DNA of 64,000 nucleotides. It comes from Macrostomum lignano (taxonomy: Eukaryota). Shown piece after piece: positions 24,212 to 37,510 of this stretch. Location of the stretch: positions 532,286-596,285 of the forward strand of contig NIVC01000598.1 in NCBI GenBank assembly GCA_002269645.1, given 5' to 3'. The notes beneath the pieces are model-generated. The model worked only from the letters and a program-made list of their open reading frames with translations, was not told the origin of the DNA and did not search any database. A program made the translations under genes and the position numbers. Each line of letters opens with the position of its first letter. Within the stretch, counting starts at the first letter, position 1.

Positions 24212-27200
24212 TATGTAACTTTATTTGGACTTATATAGAGCTCAACAGATAATTCTTTAAATTTTCATAAGTTACTGTGTATTTATGCATGATGTAATTA
24301 TATTTATTCAATGTTAAAATCTATTTGTCTTGTGAGCAAGTTGCAATGGCAAATACTTCTTTATTTCTATTAGAACATTTATTAGGTAAAATTTTTGGAG
24401 TAAGATTATAAATGTATTTGTAACCTAAAAATGGGACAGTGATTTAATTGTTGTATATATTTTTTATTAATATAAAAATAATTTGGTAGTATAAGCCATC
24501 AAGCCATCTTTATAGATTATATTTCAGCCCTATTCAAAAGAGCCTTTTTATAACCTTACAATCATTTAGCAGTTTTTAAAATAATTCTATGCAATTATAA
24601 GAAAAATGATATTATTTTAAAGACTAAGAGTTTATTCCTATTATAGTATTAACTATTATACTCTTAAAGACTACAATACTTTTTTAAATTACAATGAGCA
24701 AGCCTACCTAGCATACTAACTGTAAATATAATAGGCAATAACAATATACAATATATTAGGCAATGATAATAAATAATTCATTTAATTAAATATTAAGTTA
24801 AGTTATAAAATTAAAAGTCTTCATTTTAATTTTCAAGGAATTGCCTTTTCTATTTATTTTATTTAGAGAACTTAGCAATTGATAGCAAGAGGCTAAGTTG
24901 CTAAACTAATAACTACTGATTTATTGTTTTTGCTTATACATAAAATTTATTAAAGCTTATGTTACAAATTACTTATTCTAGCTTGCTCAATAAATTTAAG
25001 TTACTAAGTCTATTAGGAGGCCTAATAATTAATAGGAAATAAGAACTTTGACATATTTAGGATTTTCACGAAGATTGGTTCTAGAACTAGGCCTAGAATA
25101 ATTCCAATTCTAGAACCAGAATCTGTAAGAAAAGGAAAAGCTTCAAAGTCCAAACCCATTTTATGTTTGTTAGTCTTTATAGGCCTAATTTAATATTGTC
25201 TTTTCATGACTTTGCTTTGTCTTGGATATGACAGAAAAACAGAGTACTAATATATAATTAATAATAAAAAATTGAAAATTTAAAATATATTTTACTGTTA
25301 AAATGTAAGCATGACAATGGATTGAGAAAATTTTTCAAAGCGAATTCCAGAATTGGATCACAGTTCTAAATAAGTTAAAAATGGAACAGACAATATGAAA
25401 AGCTTCGAACCAATTCTGGTTCTGGAATCAGTAATATGAAAAGCCTAATTGACTGCTTGCTTGGAAGCATTTTGTTAGAAATTTGCAAGGAGTGCAATGC
25501 ATATAAAACTTGCTCAACCAAGGTAATGTTGGATCATTAAACTTCTGGTCGCCAAAGTGACTGGTAGCCCCCTGCAGCTTTCGAGTTGCTAGCTTGTATG
25601 CTCTTATACCTATTCTACCTTGCATGCGGGCTCTACTATATGTACTTTTAGAAACGTTCCTATGCTCATCCCTCATACTCATGCTTTGTCTAGATTTGAG
25701 ACAATTTGATCTTGAATCTTGATAGACTTTCAAAGTCTAGATTAAAGAATAACGAACATAGACAGATGGCCGGGGAACCTTCGCTTGGTTTGGGAGCGTA
25801 GCACAGAGCGCGCCACGCTTCTGTGTAGACGGCCGTTGTGTTACGCTCCGCTACCGTCTAAGCGGTAGTCTATAGGGTGTCGCTTGTCGAATGTTGAGTT
25901 TCTCAGAAAAATCAGAATTGAAATAAGTTTAAAATTTTCGAATAATTCGTAATCACCTGCAATAATTCTGAGACACAAAAAACAGCTAAAATAATAAAAA
26001 ACTTCTTAGACTCAATTTTGCGAAAAAATAGCTAAATTGCTGCCAATGACGATCTTGCCTAATATAACGTTTTTAAACGTAATTTTGTATCCGGAAGTAG
26101 ACATTCTACAACTTTTTCTGTTTCTAGAACGAATTTGGGCATCACTATCTTTTTTAGTGGATAGAAGTTAATCAAAGACCTGAATTTAATCTGCTAACGC
26201 TATTAATTATAATGTTGTAGCGGACCACATCTTAGCAAACCGCTCTATGACTAACTGCTATTAATGCCTATTATTGCTAGTCTGCTAATTTTGCCAATTT
26301 TTCAGCATATTCCTAAACTGTCGAATTTTCTATTTTTGCCATATCAAAACCAGATTATTCAATATTCATTTCCATAAGATGATTATTCATCTCATTACTC
26401 ATCTCAAATTACTCATCTCATTACGATCATCTCAAATTACTCATCTTCTCTTTATGTCGACGTATAGACACAGCTGCATGTCGAAGGAAAATTTGAATAA
26501 AAAAAAGGCAATTTCGTGCAATTGGCCGGAATAACGTTGCCGAAAATTATGCCCGGCGCTTGCTGTGAGAGCATTTGACCTAATTTATGCATTTTAAACT
26601 GAGATTTTTAATTAGATTTTAAAATGGGCTTTATTCGTGTGCATATATCAAAGGACTAAAGTACTATGTACACTTGAGCAGACCATAAATGCTAAATTTT
26701 ACTTATAGCAACATTGAAAAGCCGCGACGATCCTCTCGCTACCTTTTGAGAATAAAAGTGAATTTTCTCTCTCATTTTTAAGAATAAGTATATGGTGATT
26801 TTTTCGTTTTCCATAATTTTTTGTCATTTCCGTTCCGTTCCGACATAAACATGATATTGCAACTTCGATTTTTGGCACTATTATTTGTGAATTGTAAGCA
26901 AAATGTTTGACTAATTAGCCTATAAGCATATGCAATGGTTGACCTTTTAACGCATTGAATTACTCCACCAATCTATTCAAAACAAAACGATACAATTTAT
27001 GCAATTAATACAAAGTACATATACACTCAATCCACCAGGCTATAGGAGCAAGGGCGCGCGTCGTCACAGCTTTTATTGTGGACAAATGAAATTCTTACAT
27101 GAAAATAAATTTCAATGCATTTGGAATGCATATTTTTGGCGCCCACATCAATCCAGTCCAGCAAGCTCATTAGCTAATTATGTACTCAATCTTAATAATG

Positions 27201-28276
27201 TACGTTAAAAGAGATGCAAGTGAAGTGAGCGTGAGCGCTATTGGGGGGGGGGGCGGCGACGAAACAAGATTAAAGCAATATTATTTTATAACCCAGCTCC
27301 CCAGTGGCAATGTCCTGCAGTATTTTTGCATTCAATAAAAAAAGAATATGACGTCAATGAAGAAGAGAAATATTGCTCGTAGCACAGATATATAGGCTGC
27401 ATTGCCACTTTAGAATCATAGCTATATATGCTCAATAGAGTTTTTGCAGCGCACCCAGATTCCAAAGTTCTTATTACAGCCGCTGGGTGCGCTCCGTATG
27501 CAGTATTTTTGTGTACGATGAGAGATCTCACAGTTTCTATTAAAAGCAGCGTGACGCATAATGGAGAGCAAATAAATGGAGACAGCTCTAGTAGGACTGC
27601 AGAAAAACTTAAATGTTAGATAGAAAAACAAGAGGGAACGCAGTGAAGAACTTGCATACCTTGCTTTTTTATCATTAAATTAAATCGTTCTTGGCCAGTC
27701 GCGATATAAATTGTCATCTGCTTTTTCTATTGCTAGCGTGCACTGACCGGCGTACGCATGCAGTAGTGTGGCGTCCATCGGATCTCAACCAATCGCTATG
27801 CATTTAATCAACCCACAATATGCTTGTAAACGATCATTGTACTCACATCGCAACAGCATTCAACACGCGCAATTTCTAGCACGAATTGCTGAACACACCA
27901 GAGGGGGTGAGGGGTTGCCAGGCAGGAGTGAATAAAAAATATTGAGAGGAGAGAGGAACAGGGGAGAGGGGGCTAAAGTCTACGCATACAATAAGAGGGA
28001 GCAATGTGAAGCAAGAGCATAGAATCTGCTATAGCCAAGCTCTTAACAATAAATTTCAGTAGTAGCTATATATTCAGCTAACGCATTGTCCAGCCAACCC
28101 CCCGCACATTGCAGCTGCCTCTCTCTTCTACCTTCGCCCCACCCAAGCAGCACCCCTGCAAACCAGCTCCTTTGAGTATAAAAAACCTTTCAACAAAAAA
28201 CGAAGACAAAAAACTCTTCTCAGTTTAGAAGCAGACTTAAATTTGAGATATCTCCTGCTGCACCACAACCAACGTC

Positions 28277-31200
28277 ATGCTGCAGGCAAAAATTTTGCTC
28301 ATCTTAGCCGCCGTCTGTTGCGGTCTCTTGACCCCGGTGGTAAGTCAGAACACCTACGGTTGCTCCGGAGCGGACCTCTCAAAGCGGAGGCTGACCAACT
28401 ATGGCAAATACACGTTCATCTTGCACGCCTTGGCACCGAACAGCAGCTATCTGGAGCCAAACATGGACTGCACCATCACCATCATTGGGTACAGTTCCAG
28501 CCGTTGGCTAGTCACCTTGGATACTATCAGCCTTAGCGCTTATCAGGTAAAGCTGATCGAATGCCTATCGGCCTTTTAAATAATGTATTCTTATACAAGT
28601 AGTGGATTTTACATGGTTTAGATAATAGAAGAGGATCAGGAGTAAGAATCAATTTTATCTTAGGACTTGGGATAGCTATACTCAGCAACATTGAAAAGTC
28701 GCCACTCTATGCGCCAGTGAGCAATTTCTCTTGGACTATTCTGAACTAAAAGGTACGAAAAAAACTGGTCAGGGTAACTTTAATCCATCCAATACCCGCC
28801 ACACCGCTCCACCACTTTATTCCTCAACTCAAGTCTGCCGCGGCGTAGCTGAATGCGTCACTCGCAAAGATTGAGAGACTTCGCATGCACTCTCAAAGGT
28901 GGCGACCACAGATGGAATCTTCTGTGATGGCGATTTTTCGATGTGCATTAAAAAGTCGCCACCTTTGAGAGTGCGCAGTAAATTCTAGCTCAGTATTGTC
29001 TTTTGAGCGACGCAACTTGCGCCAGAGTGAGGAGAGATTGGGAAGAGCGGAGGGCAAAGATTGGATGGATTGACGCTGCCGCCCGGTTTTCATGGTTTTT
29101 TCAAGCATTTTTAAGATCAAAATGGTTGGCCAGGTGATAGACGCTGGTCGAAAAACACTGCTCACTGGGTCAAAGGGTGGCGACTTTTCAATGTCGATGA
29201 TCCGTTATAGAAGTTCAATTCTTTTCTGGTAAGGCTGGATCTTTTTCATAAAGTACATTTTTAAGATGAGACGAGAACCGCATGCGTGGCGTGAGTTGCG
29301 TCACTTGGGTCTGATATCTAAACAAAGTTGACCATTGATTTCGGGGGTGGAAACTACTTTAACGTGTTGCTGAGTGCATGCACCAGAAAACAAAACGAAA
29401 AAAGTACGTATGAAGTGGTCGATCACTTGTGCAGACAAGTAAGCAGCATCTTCGATAAGAATGAGCGTTGATAAAATTTATTTTGATTTGATTTTTCGAA
29501 TAAAATTACTGAGACCCCAATCAGGCAAGACGCCAGGTTGTACTTTCATTAGATTTGTCAGTTTGCAGATAGTATGAGGTCTCCAAGTTTCTTAAGATCT
29601 AATACCAGAGTATAGCTCGTGAAACTCCAACTGCGAAGTGAGAATAAAAGCAATTTGTTTTGAGTCCCAAGCCTAAGTCTGATTATTCCATGGAATATAT
29701 AAGGTACTATATCTCTAGTGCTACATGTATACATCACGGACTACTTAAGTAGAAGGACGTAACACTCTAAAATGGTGCAAATTTTTTTGAAGGCCGATTT
29801 TTCAAACTGCTGCCATTTTTTTTCTTTGCAGATAAAGAGCTGATTCTTTCACCAGGTTGTCCAGAATTTATTCCAGTTTTATATAAAATATTAGTTTGTA
29901 GCTTTAAAAGCATTTTTGCGGAATAAAAGTACAGTAGAGTACATGTACCCCTAGAAATTCCAAAAGCTACGAAGCTAGGACACTATGAAGATGATCCTAC
30001 TGCTCTTTAAAAGTTACTCAAGATGACTAATTACTCAGAACTAGGCATACATTCATTCTCTACACAGTAACAAAAAAACAACGCAAAGACAATCGCATCC
30101 TGCAGACCTGCTGTAGGAAGCTGTAGCGAAAAGTTTTGTATAAAACTTGAAAGAAATAAACCTAGAGAATAATAAGTGATTTGTATTTACAAACTACAAT
30201 AAACATGTAAATAATAATTTCAAAAATGCAAAACGAAAACTTCTAAAACTTTACAAAAACTGTAAAGCACAAGCTAAACGATCTCTACTACAAGCAATAA
30301 ATCAAAGCAGAAAATCGGACTTCAAAAAAATTTCCACGAAATCCGAGTGTAACGTCCTCTATCTACTAGTGGTCCTTGGTATACATGTACGGGCAACAAG
30401 TAGCCGACTTCGCTTCCGTGCCAAGTCACATTAATTTGCGGCTGGTGCACGAAACTTCACCTGCGGCGGGCATGACAAGCGATCCCAACCCACACGAGAG
30501 GGCCAGCACCAAAGACAGAAAGACAGAGTTAGCATATATCTGACGCTGAGAAAGTCAGGGCCGCACTGTACAGCCCCCGTGCGAATGTGTGTGCCTGCGA
30601 AGAATGTAAGTGCGGTGCTCAGAGTTCAGCAGAATTGATTATAACTGCTAGCTTTCTTGCTGGCTTAAGATCAACAATCACCTTGATTTGCGGCCCTCTC
30701 TAATGCATGTGCGGCCATGAGAACGGAAGTACCGATAACGTTCCGAGAGGTCAATCGCCTGGGGGGTGCTAACTCCTGTTTTTCCTGTTTTTAGGCAACT
30801 GATAATAATAACAATAATAAAAAATTTATGACACCTTACCCTAATGGGCAGATGTGCAACCGCTATTGCGCGGCGCATCTGAAGGCTGCGTACGGCTGTT
30901 CAGTCCAAGGACTGGGGGGGGGGGGGGGGGTCGCCACACAGCCTCAATTACCCCAACTAATGCTGGCACCCATTTTACAGCTGGTGAACTGAAGCAATGC
31001 AGAGTTAAGTATCTAGCACAAGGACACAAATTCTTCCGAGTTGGGTCGAGAATCGAAAATCCGACCTTTCAGTCGTGAGTCCGACGCTCTGACCACTGGG
31101 CTACAACTAGGTTGACTGAAAATGTCGATATTTCTTCGCCCAGCAAGTCCCTAACCGGTACAATTCGTCACAATCTGTTTACGTCTCTTTCTCAGGCCGA

Positions 31201-32569
31201 GTTCGATGTCTACGAAGGCACCAGCACCAGAGGAAAGAACTTGATCTCTCTAAACAGCGCCGGGACTCTCTACCGACAGTTTGGCATCAGCAGCGGCAGC
31301 TTCACTGTCCGTCAGAAAACCAAATCAACGCCGGCCGGTAAGGCAACTGGCGTCCGGATGACCGTTGAACATCTGGAAACCTCAGATTGCCCAACTGGTT
31401 GGTACAAAGTCTCCAGCTCCGCTGGGTACTGCTACGGTGTGCCTAGACTGGCCCTGAACTTGACTTACGATGAGTCCGCTAAGGCCTGCAACATGCTGCT
31501 GGCCAACCTCGTCATGGGCAACTTCAACTACGACTCGATCTCGGCGGAGCTGTTCTCGGCGCCCTCGAGCGTTGTTAGCCCGCGACTGACATACTGGGTC
31601 GGCATGTACGAGAAGAACGACGAGCTGAAGTTCCTCAACAAGTACAACTCGCTTGAGTGAGTCTATTTTAACAGTTCATATCAAAGATTTTTGTAGTTGA
31701 TACCTTGGTCATAGTTGCAGATATTGTTAATAGGTGTTACCAAATTTCTTCGCATTGCCATCAGATTGAGTTTACAGAGTATAATTGAACGACTGGATAA
31801 TTGATGCTTAAGTCGTCCTTAAGATTCAACGCTGAATGCTTACAGACTGATTAAATGTCTTCCTTACAAAATACAATATGTACTCTCAAACAATTTTTCA
31901 CAACTTCGATGAACACGTTAGACCTCAACTGATTCTGATTCTTAACTAACTGGTCTACAATATTGCAGCAGCATTTCCGGCCGCCTGTGCAGTCAGACCA
32001 GCTCCGACTGCCAGTGCATCACTTACCAGAGCGGTCGCTTCTACAAAGACAACTGCAACACCAGGCGGCAGTACGTGTGCTACATGCCCAAGGGCGGAAC
32101 CGAGTCCTACTACAACCTTAAAAGCCAGATAAATTCAGCCAGCAACGTCATAAGCATGATTGCCATCGTGCTGACTGTCGGCTTCATTCTGGTCATCCTG
32201 ATCAGCCTCATCGTCGTCTTTGTCTGCTGCATTCGTCGGAACGCTGCCGCTAGACGAACTCGACGACAGAGCAACTTTAATGCCGCCAATTCCAACGTCA
32301 ACGCTGGACCATTCGTCATCGGCGAAGCCGCCGGAGTGCCGCCGTCCTACCCGATGCCGCCGCCACCCCCTCCGTTCACTGCCTCCCCCGCCGCTCCGCC
32401 CTACACAGCCACCGCGCCAGCCTACTCCACCTACTCCAACCTAGGCTTCGAGGCTGGCGGCAATGACGCTGCGGCGCCGGCGACGTCCGCTGGAGCCAGC
32501 GGCGGCGACAACGGCGAGAAACCGCCGCCCTACAATCCCGACTGGTCGAGAAACAATGTGGCGGCCTGA
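28277..32569 (+). CDS. Type I membrane protein: signal peptide + CUB-like domain + C-type lectin domain + TM + PPxY-rich tail, about 443 aa
   Basis: Exons 28277-28546 (phase 0), 31196-31656 (phase 2) and 31969-32569. CUB-like PNMDCTITI..RWLVTLDTISL..FDVYEG; CTLD CPTGW...YCY...A..AC...YWVG...C...C...YVC; hydrophobic span IAIVLTVGFILVILISLIVVFVCC. Confidence 0.85.
28679..29376. mobile_element. Degenerate Tc1/mariner-type non-autonomous element (same TIR family as 50913-51568)
   Basis: Left end TA|TACTCAGCAACATTGAAAAGT, right end TGTTGCTGAGTG. Internal inverted copies of AAAAGTCGCCAC near 28890, 28960 and 29180. Confidence 0.6.
30800..31106 (-). mobile_element. CORE-type SINE, copy 3
   Basis: High similarity to copy 1, with a short internal deletion. 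Confidence 0.85.
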
Positions 32570-32669
32570 TGATTTGGCAACCTATCGCGTAATATGGATA
32601 TAGAACGGGCTCTATGCTGCTAACTGACAAGCTACGCCCCATCAACGAAGGTGCCATGGCAACAAAAGC

Positions 32670-32939
32670 CAGGGGAGTCGCCACTTCCCCCAAGTAAAAG
32701 CTATTGGGGGACATGCCAATGCTCCCCCCCCACCCCACCTTGTGACCCGGTATGGAAAATCAATAATTTTGATTCAGGGCGACAAAATATAGCGCCTGTG
32801 GCGTCAAAATGAATGCCTGAAACACCAAAATGAGTGCCTGCAGCGCCAAATGAGCGCTGACAACGCCGATTCTTAAAATAGTGTACATGTAGAATTCTTT
32901 ACTTTGTCCCCCACCATAAAACCAATGGCGACGCTCCTG
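32670..32939. mobile_element. hAT-like MITE
   Basis: TIRs CAGGGGAGTCGCCA / TGGCGACGCTCCTG (2 mismatches). Flanks ACAAAAGC / ACAAAAGA (7 of 8). Internal AAAATGAGTGCCTGC motif shared with the element at 11783. Confidence 0.7.
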
Positions 32940-33083
32940 ACAAAAGATGAATACATTGAAGCATAGATCTTCCCTGTTAGTGTACGCCTCCAAATTTAAA
33001 TAATTCAAATTCACATTTTTCGAAAGTTTGAAAACCAGACTTAATTTCGGCAGTGACGAGCTACACGCTTAATATATGACTAA

Positions 33084-33343
33084 AGGCCTTTTCATATTGC
33101 TTGCTCTGGTTCCAGAACCAGAACCAATTTGTGAAGTATAACTTTTTGTCTCCATAACTAGAGGGAGATACGTGCTATAAAGTTTTTATTATTAAATGAC
33201 AATCGCCAAGAAGAAATTGAAAAATTGTGCTAAGTTAGGTTGTTAAGGCAGTCAAATATTAACAGAGTTTAATAGTTATACTGCTGTTTTTCTTGGAATT
33301 CCGAACTGATTCTGGTTCTGGAATTGGTAATATGAAAAGGCCC
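33084..33343. mobile_element. PIF/Harbinger-like MITE (a decayed relative lies at about 25090-25447)
   Basis: 15-bp TIRs AGGCCTTTTCATATT / AATATGAAAAGGCCC with TAA on both flanks. Confidence 0.8.
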
Positions 33344-34244
33344 TAAGAGTAGCTCGATCGAGACTGAAACTTAAAATTGAAGCTTTGGTCTACCGGGCAT
33401 ACAGGTCTACAGGTCAGGGCATACAGCTCGGTCGATGCTGCCTTTTACTTTTGAATGAGTCCAAGGTATTGGGCGTGTTTTAAATTTTGTGGCCAAAAAT
33501 TGATCATCAATTTATACTTTGCTTTAAAATATAATATTCATTGAATTTTTTGTCGTGTTCGGTGATTTATGTGCATCTTTAAAGGTACATTTTTCTGAGA
33601 AAACGTTTAAGAACTGGAAAACTTTTATGCACCTTTTTACATTTGGAATAATACGAGCGAGCGTACTTTGCTACCTGTAAATGCCTTGAAATTAGGGAGA
33701 ATCATTCAGGTTTTTCCGGTACTATATGAAAGATACTATTTTCTTTTGTTTCAATGTACTTCCTTAATTAGTGTCGATTTTCCAATTTCTTTTTTGTACA
33801 GCTCCGTGTTACTGTAGCGAGACATGAAATCTGCATATTCGAAACAAATTAGTAATGAATATTTTAAAGTAAACGATTAAAGCTCTAAATATTCAAGACC
33901 TTTGCAGAGAAGCACTTTAGGCTGGCAAAGTTAACACCAAGTTGCATTCAGATCTGACTTTAAGTTTACCCTAACTTGTGATTTTAATAAAATTATCTAT
34001 AATTTCTAATTAATAAACCGAATCATAAACTATTACGACATTTATAATAATGGAAATATTTGTTCACAAATTTATTGATTATATAAATAGTATTCATGAA
34101 GATAAGTCTATTCTCAATAACAAGCGGAATATTTGACGCAGACAAGTACATGTACGAGCATCCCATACAGAAAGAGAATAGATACTAGAGAGGGTGAGGA
34201 GAAGGAAACAGGAAATGGTGATAGGGCAGAGAAGTGGAGCTGAG

Positions 34245-34665
34245 ATGAGAGAGAACTGTGGAGTAGAGAGAGAGAGAGAGAGAGAGAGAGAAGTGGAGTA
34301 AAGGGAGAGAGAAGTGGAGTAGAGGGAGAGAGAAGTGGAGTAGATGGAGAGAGAAGTGGAAGTAAAGGGAGAGAGAAGTGGAGTAGAGGGAGAGAGAAGT
34401 GGAGTAGATGGAGAGAGAAGTGGAGTAGAGGGAGAGAGAAGTGGAGTAGATGGAGAGAGAAGTGGAGTAAAGGGAGAGAGAAGTGGAGTAAAGGGAGAGA
34501 GAAGTGGAGTAGAGGGAGAGAGAAGTGGAGTAAAGGGAGAGAGAAGTGGAGTAGAGGGAGAGAGAAGTGAAGTAAAGGGAGAGAGAAGTGTAGTAAAGGG
34601 AGAGAGAAGTGGAGTAAAGGGAGAGAGAAGTGGAGTAGAGGGAGAGAGAACTGTGGAGTAGCGAG
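34245..34665. repeat. 21-bp purine-rich minisatellite (GAAGTGGAGTAGAGGGAGAGA)n plus (GA)n
   Basis: Seen directly. Confidence 0.95.
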
Positions 34666-35245
34666 AGAGAGAGAGAAGACAGTGAAGTGGGGAGATGGTA
34701 GAGAATTAGAGAGAAAGGAAAATAGGAGAGAGATGAGATGACATTTACCAGACAAAGTTAACCTCCGGGAGATTCAAAGATTCAAAGATCAAAGATTCAA
34801 AGGATTGAAAGATCTGCATAAAATCTTGAACAGTGTAAGGTTTTTTGGAAGCTCGTAAAAGCCTAATAGAAAAAACCGACTTCAATAGAAGAGAAAGTAA
34901 ATATCGAATGCATCGAGTGTTATTTATTACACAGGGGAGGGCTAACTTTGAAGATTAAATGAGGATAAGCAATTTGAGAGACAATTAATTTCGAAAATGG
35001 AATTTTTTCACATGAATTCATATTAACAAATGAATTGACATTGTACAGAATGATAATCTATACCTATAAAAAATGAAAACTGTGTCTTCTATTTTAAATG
35101 GCAATCAGAAAACACGACTTCGGCCTGTCAACAATTACGTCGATACCTGTAGCTGTATTAACGTAAAATTGTGTACTCTATCTATAGGTAGAACAATGAA
35201 GCTTAGATTTATATATATAGATGAAGTCGTAACTAAATTGAGTCC

Positions 35246-37510
35246 TTACTGGTACAACGGTTTCAAGAGGCACTTTTTCGTTAGGGTGCAGGTGAACTCT
35301 GAAATCGTGCACGCGATCGTTGAATGGATCGGAAAACGAGCTCGCTCCATCTGAGCATTCACTCTGGTCATTATTTCCTTGATGTCTTCATCCGATTGAT
35401 GCTTCTCGATCTCGTTGCACACGGTCTGAACAAAGAAGGAGCCCGTCGTGCTGTTTCTGTAGGCCGGTGAGTCCTTGGTGCTCGATCTGCAGACCAGGAA
35501 GTCGCTTCCCTTAGGACTGAATCGTCTTTCCATCGGAGCGCTGTCAGTGGATTCTTCGCAGACTTCAATGGTTTGGCCTCGACAGGCCTGTACGAAGAAG
35601 ATCTTTGGCTTGCCGAGTAGGCCCGGACAGATGTCCGACTCGAAAGTCTCTAGAATGCGGTTCAGCTCCAGTGCATTGCCGTTGCTGCCAAAGATTGATT
35701 TTTCATTGCCGTGAGCCATGAGAAAGCAGACAAAGCAGCCGTGGTGCATAATTTCCTCCTCAATGGCAACTTCGTGCAGCAGTTTATCGATATCGTAGGC
35801 TGGCAGATCCTCAGCAACTCTCAATTCGAAGTCCAACCGTCCAAAGACCTCCTTGATGCGAGTGACATCCAGCTCTGAGCCAGGGCGGCAGTTAAACCCA
35901 GAGGAAGCGGAGTATTTGTTGATGTTAATCACCAGACAGACACCCTGAGGGGAGGTCATTGTGTATGACAGCAGGGGCACTCGTGGCTGAGTCCCAGAAA
36001 GGCCACCAACGCTGCTGCAAGTGAAGTTAAGAGTACGGTAAGTTCAAGTAAATTATTAACAGCGACTTGTGTGTATACTGACGTGTTTGGACGGTTGGGC
36101 TCAAGTTCCCCCGGCACCATCAAACTCTGGTCTTCGTGCTGCTGCAATTCCCATGCTGAGAGCAGTTCTTCCTGTTCGTTTCTGAAGTTCACATGCAAAA
36201 AAATAAAAGGGTCCCGTGCCTCAATTTACAACGGAAATGCAAGGCAGACAAGCAGAACGGTGGTAACTTACGTACGGTCTGCAGCTAGGGGTACAGTCTC
36301 CTTGTACTCTATTCCTTTAAGGCCTTCGATGGACCGACCACCTGAGATGTATGTTTGGGATTTATTCTTAGAGCCAGGATTTACGAATTTCATGCTTACT
36401 AATAAAACAGCTTTTCTTTACCGGTCTGGCGAGACTTTGTGGGCCATCGCTCAAGAGAGCGGACCTTCTGGTCACTCAATGGCGATAGTCTGGCGTAGGC
36501 AAATTTAGGACCGATGCGAACTCTGCTTCTGGTCTCTGCAGCGACGTGATTGTCTGGTTCTCGAAGTAGAAACACATACCTGCGATTGGAAAGCAAAGCT
36601 AGAAATTTACTTAGCGAATAATTAATAATAGTAATAATTGATAACACCTGCTCTAATGGGCAGATGTGCAATCGACAGCTCAGCCGCAGCTATTGTGCGG
36701 CGCATCTGAAGGCTGCGTACGGCTGTTCAGTCCAAGGACTGAGACGTCGCCACACCTAGCTCAATTACCCAAGCTAATGCTTGGCACCCATTTTACTGCT
36801 GGGTAAACTGAAGCAATGCAGAGTTAATGTCTTGCTCAAGGATACAAATTGTTCCGAGTTGGGTCGAGAATCGAACCTCCGATCTTTAAGTCGTGAGTCC
36901 GACGCTCTAACTACTAGGCTACAACGGCCCCTAGCCAATAAGCCATGCATCAATAGAGGAAATGAAAACTCACTTACATGTCGGGGTTAAGGCGTGATGC
37001 TTTGCTAGACGTGCTAGCCTTGCGCCAGAAGCCTGAGAGGTCACGGATACTTTCACCGAGTCGCTTCACCTGATAGCTCACGCTTTCATTTTCCAGAATG
37101 CGCCTCACAAAGTGCTCGCAATTGTTCTTTTGCAGGCTGTAGTGCGTTTCGCCAAGACACCCGAGACTCGTCTCAATGACAGCTTCACATTGCAGGTCGG
37201 AGCAGCTGCACTCAAACACGATTATCTTTGAGTCCTTGGCAACAGTATGGAAGTCTTCAACGGAAATGACGCCTTTACCGTCTTTCTTTGAGTTGGATAG
37301 TTGACAAATGATGTGACGCACGGGGCTGGACGCACCTGGGATGGATATTTCTCCAGCTTCCAATTTACTCAGGTACCCTTTGCCGATGTAGATAGCAAAG
37401 TGCTGATAGCAGCCTCTGTCAAAGGCCACAGCCCAGCCTGGCTTGAGCACTTCTAGAGCCTCGTCGACTTTGGCTTTTTCTTTGAAAACCAATTCCTTCT
37501 GCATGCACAT
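35246..37510 (-). CDS. LRAT/PLAAT (NlpC/P60)-domain caspase fusion protein, about 542 aa
   Basis: Exons 37510-36978 (phase 2, GTAAGT), 36579-36422 (phase 1), 36341-36272 (phase 2, GTAAGT), 36181-36083 (phase 2, GTCAGT) and 36014-35246 are all phase-compatible with no stops. LRAT motifs KPG...YQHFAIYIG and Y.L..NNCEHFV; caspase motifs GVCLVIN, RPGSELD, MAHG, KPKIFFVQACRG, DFL, AYRN..GSFFVQ. Confidence 0.85.
36620..36930 (-). mobile_element. CORE-type SINE, copy 4 (LRAT-caspase intron 1)
   Basis: Aligns to copy 1. Confidence 0.85.

Noticed and set aside
25765-25800. HDV-like ribozyme (ACC-TTCGCTT-GGT resembles P3/L3)
   Set aside because: No P1 partner strand follows the putative P3, so the HDV topology cannot be built.
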